Source of the DNA: Puccinia triticina
Lineage: Eukaryota
Assembly: GCA_026914245.1 (NCBI GenBank)
Contig: CP110439.1
Span: 8,804,001-8,868,000, forward strand
DNA: 64,000 bases
Direction: 5' to 3'
In this document: positions 61,411-64,000 of the stretch, piece by piece
Layout: the number at the start of each line of letters is the position of its first letter
Position numbering within the stretch: position 1 is the first letter of the stretch
The notes under the pieces: model-generated
Database searches by the model: none
What the model was told of the DNA's origin: nothing
What the model saw: only the letters and a program-made list of their open reading frames with translations
Made by a program: the position numbers and the translations under genes

Positions 61411-62101
61411 TAAGCCAATGTCAGGGCGGGTCTCTATAGTGATGCCGCCGTGAATAGAAACCTTCGAGATATCAAAGGTTTGAGCTGTTCTCAGCTGTCA
61501 CAGCTGGGTGCTGGAGCTCGACTTGGCCGCGCAGGAGCAAGGAGGAAGCCGCGCCTTCTTCGGAAGGGGCTGGTTGAGCAAATACAACCTGGAGCCTTTA
61601 TGAGAAGGCTCACGAGAAGGGTAGTCCTTTCTAGGACGGAGGAGGGAAAAGGAAGAGGCCCGACTTACCTAGTCAAACCGGGGAGTCGGGTCAAGAGTGG
61701 AAAGGATGAAAAAGGAAAAGAGGATCAAGAATAACCCCAATCATTGTGTTCGGCGTAAGCGGTCAAATACAACAATAAAGTCGGGTGTGGTAACTGATCT
61801 GGGGAGCTCTTCCTTGGGGACAAGCTCCTCGTACTTATACTCATGTTTTGCGTGGCCAACTAGTGGTTAAAAGATTTCACAATACTAAAGGCGTTTATTG
61901 CTCATAAGAAAAATGGTCTATCTGCCAAACACAGAGACGAGAGAATAATGAAAAACAATGTTTTACCTAAAGGCGGAAAGTTGGCCGACTAAGGTGTAGC
62001 AATAAAGAATATTGTCGTTGGAATAAGATAGAAAAAGGCTGCAGTGCAGCTAAGATCGCGCGGTGGCGATAGAGACAATAGCGTCTAAGAGAGGCAACTG
62101 C

Positions 62102-62668
62102 GCACAGCATCAGTGCTAAGACTTCAGGGAAGGAAGTTTAAGAGAGAGAGATTCTCTTACATGGACTCAGTAGGTGGAGCGCTTAACACTTGCCTAACCA
62201 AGCTAAAAGACTTTGGATACTCCTGGTATCTGTGGATTGTAAGTCCTAATGATTAGCATCTAAGTGCTATTGTATGGCACAGCAGCGCAGGGCTTACCTT
62301 CTCTTGAAGGGCTGGAGATCCTTTTGCTGAGGCTTGAACCCGATGGGTCTAGATGGGTGTCAGAGATTGGCGTGCTGTGTTAAGGATAAGTATCCCTTCA
62401 GCATTGCTGTCCTAGCTATGGCAAACCCGGCTTCCCAACTTACCTGGAAGGTGGTTGGATCCGCTTGGGTTGCTTCGGCACTTCGTCTATTGTCGACGTG
62501 GCTGTGGGGAGAGGAACAGAGTTTCAGCATGCACTTACTTCTTCTGTCTGGGAGTCGCATGCATATGCATGGACCTAGGGAATGCGCGGACTTACCGCTC
62601 CCCCTTGCAGGGTTAGGGCTTCGCTCCTTGCGCTTCCTTTGGACTGGGTCAGGCCCTGAGTCTTGACA
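62102..62668 (-). repeat. 3' LTR of a Ty1/copia element
   Basis: Begins TGTCAAGACTCAGGG directly after the purine-rich GGCGGGA downstream of RNase H, and is similar to 63146-63722. The far end is degraded. Confidence 0.75.
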
Positions 62669-63145
62669 TCCCGCCATGCTTTGAGCTGGTAGGATTGAAG
62701 CAACCATGGACACAGGCTTTATACCGATGATTTCAAGTGCTCTTCCAATAATGACTCTGCCAACCGGTTTAGTGAGAAAGTCTGCGGCATTGGCCTCGGA
62801 GCGTATGTAATTGAGCTGGATCAATTTTTGAATGATAAGCTCCCTGACAAAATGAAGTCGTATTGACATGTGCTTAGTCCGAAAGCTATTCTGAGATGTT
62901 TCAGATTTAGCTAGATCAATTGCGCCGCGGTTGTCCACTAGAACCTGAACATTTGTTAGATTGTTCATGATCTTAACTTCAGATATGAGATTTGAGAGCC
63001 AGGCAAGCTTGCGGCCCAAGTCCGACAGGGCCTTATATTTGGCTTCCGTAGTTGATAAAGACACCGTTGCTTGCTTTGAGGACTTCCAGGCTAGCAAGTG
63101 AGTCCCAGCCATGATGGTAAAGCCAGTCAATGATTGTCTGGTATC
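62669..63145 (-). pseudogene. Ty1/copia RNase H fragment
   Basis: WKSSKQATVSLSTTEAKY, VDNRGAIDLA, RTKHMSIRLHFVRE and NAADFLTKP. The conserved EAEY is mutated to EAKY. Confidence 0.92.
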
Positions 63146-63722
63146 TGTCAAGACTCGGGCTTGTCCCTAGGGCGCATGAAGCGCAAGGAACGAAACCCTA
63201 ACCCCGCAAGGGGCGAAGGTGAGTTTCTAGGCCCATGCATATGCATGTGGCTCCAAGACAGTAGTTTGATGCGCATGCTGAAAACTCTGTTCCTCTCCAT
63301 AGCCACGTCAACGCCAGACGAAGAGCCTAAGCGACCAAAGCGAAGCGGACCCCGAATCAGGTAAGTCATGCTCGTATAAGGTTAGCCATAGCTAGGAAAG
63401 CGCAGATGACTGATTGCTACTATATGTACAAATCAGCAGCAAGCTCGCAACCAACGCCACCTCAGACCCAAAGGGTTTCAGCATCAACGACCGTATATCG
63501 GACCCCTCCACAGGAGGTGAGTTAATCGTTGTAGAAGCTAAAAATTAGGCTATGAGAATCAGAAGACTGACTGCTTGTCACCCTTGCGTTAGACAGCAGC
63601 TGCTTTGATTCCTTAGCAGCTCGAATCTGGAGTCCGTGAAGGATTAAGCTCCATCAAGCCCAAGTAAGAAACATCTTACTTGTTAGCTCAACTACGATTG
63701 AGGTTAGGCGCTGATACTGACA
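63146..63722 (+). repeat. Related copia LTR (577 bp), opposite orientation
   Basis: TGTCA...TGACA termini. Shares TGTCAAGACTC, AAGCGCAAGGA.CGAA.CCCTAACCC.GCAAGGGG and CCATGCATATGCATG with the 62102-62668 LTR. Confidence 0.85.
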
Positions 63723-63922
63723 CCAGTCACTCTGATACACCAGCAAAATAAAATAGTCAGTTGATGACAAGTGACATTACACCAGCTCCAGCCAGCTACC
63801 CACCATATATCCAATATCTATCCACTATCTACCCCAATCTCCCAACCATCTCCTCAACTTCCAAAATTTACCAAGGAGGTCCTGTTCAGTTTTTGATGAG
63901 CCCAACTGATCCTCAGTTCTTT

Positions 63923-64000
63923 CCAGCTAATACTCAGCTTTGGTATCCAGCTCATACTCAGCTTTTCTGCCCAGCTCATACTCAGCTTTTTCACGCAGCT
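63923..64000. repeat. 24-bp tandem repeat CCAGCTCATACTCAGCTTTT.., runs off the window end
   Basis: Three full copies and a partial fourth. Confidence 0.8.

Noticed and set aside
62360..62668. Copia ORF extension as an extra domain
   Set aside because: Read-through into the 3' LTR sequence.
63923..64000. Repeats with short variable parts as CRISPR-like
   Set aside because: The variable part is only about 5 nt; this is an ordinary minisatellite.

Overview
Eukaryotic, intron-rich fungal DNA, most consistent with a rust fungus (Pucciniales, Puccinia-like) from gene style and TE content. The organism is inferred, not proven. Five conserved nuclear genes are present: RIC8, TAF2 with three C-terminal bromodomains, DNA polymerase kappa, SMC4 and a Sas4-domain gene. 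There is also a tandem pair of paralogous secreted proteins. These sit among dense transposon islands: a degraded two-gene PIF/Harbinger element (182-3597), a 3'-truncated Ty3/gypsy element with a self-priming signature, many MITEs with resolvable TIRs and TSDs (TA, TTA, TAT, 7-bp and 8-bp classes), and a copia fragment between two inverted LTRs. The standout is an apparently intact 5.9-kb Harbinger-type element (30305-36248, ACT target duplication) carrying four spliced genes: the transposase, the usual Myb/SANT partner, a second short Myb/SANT paralog, and an RTC4-domain gene. All family calls come from manual motif recognition; no database search was run.
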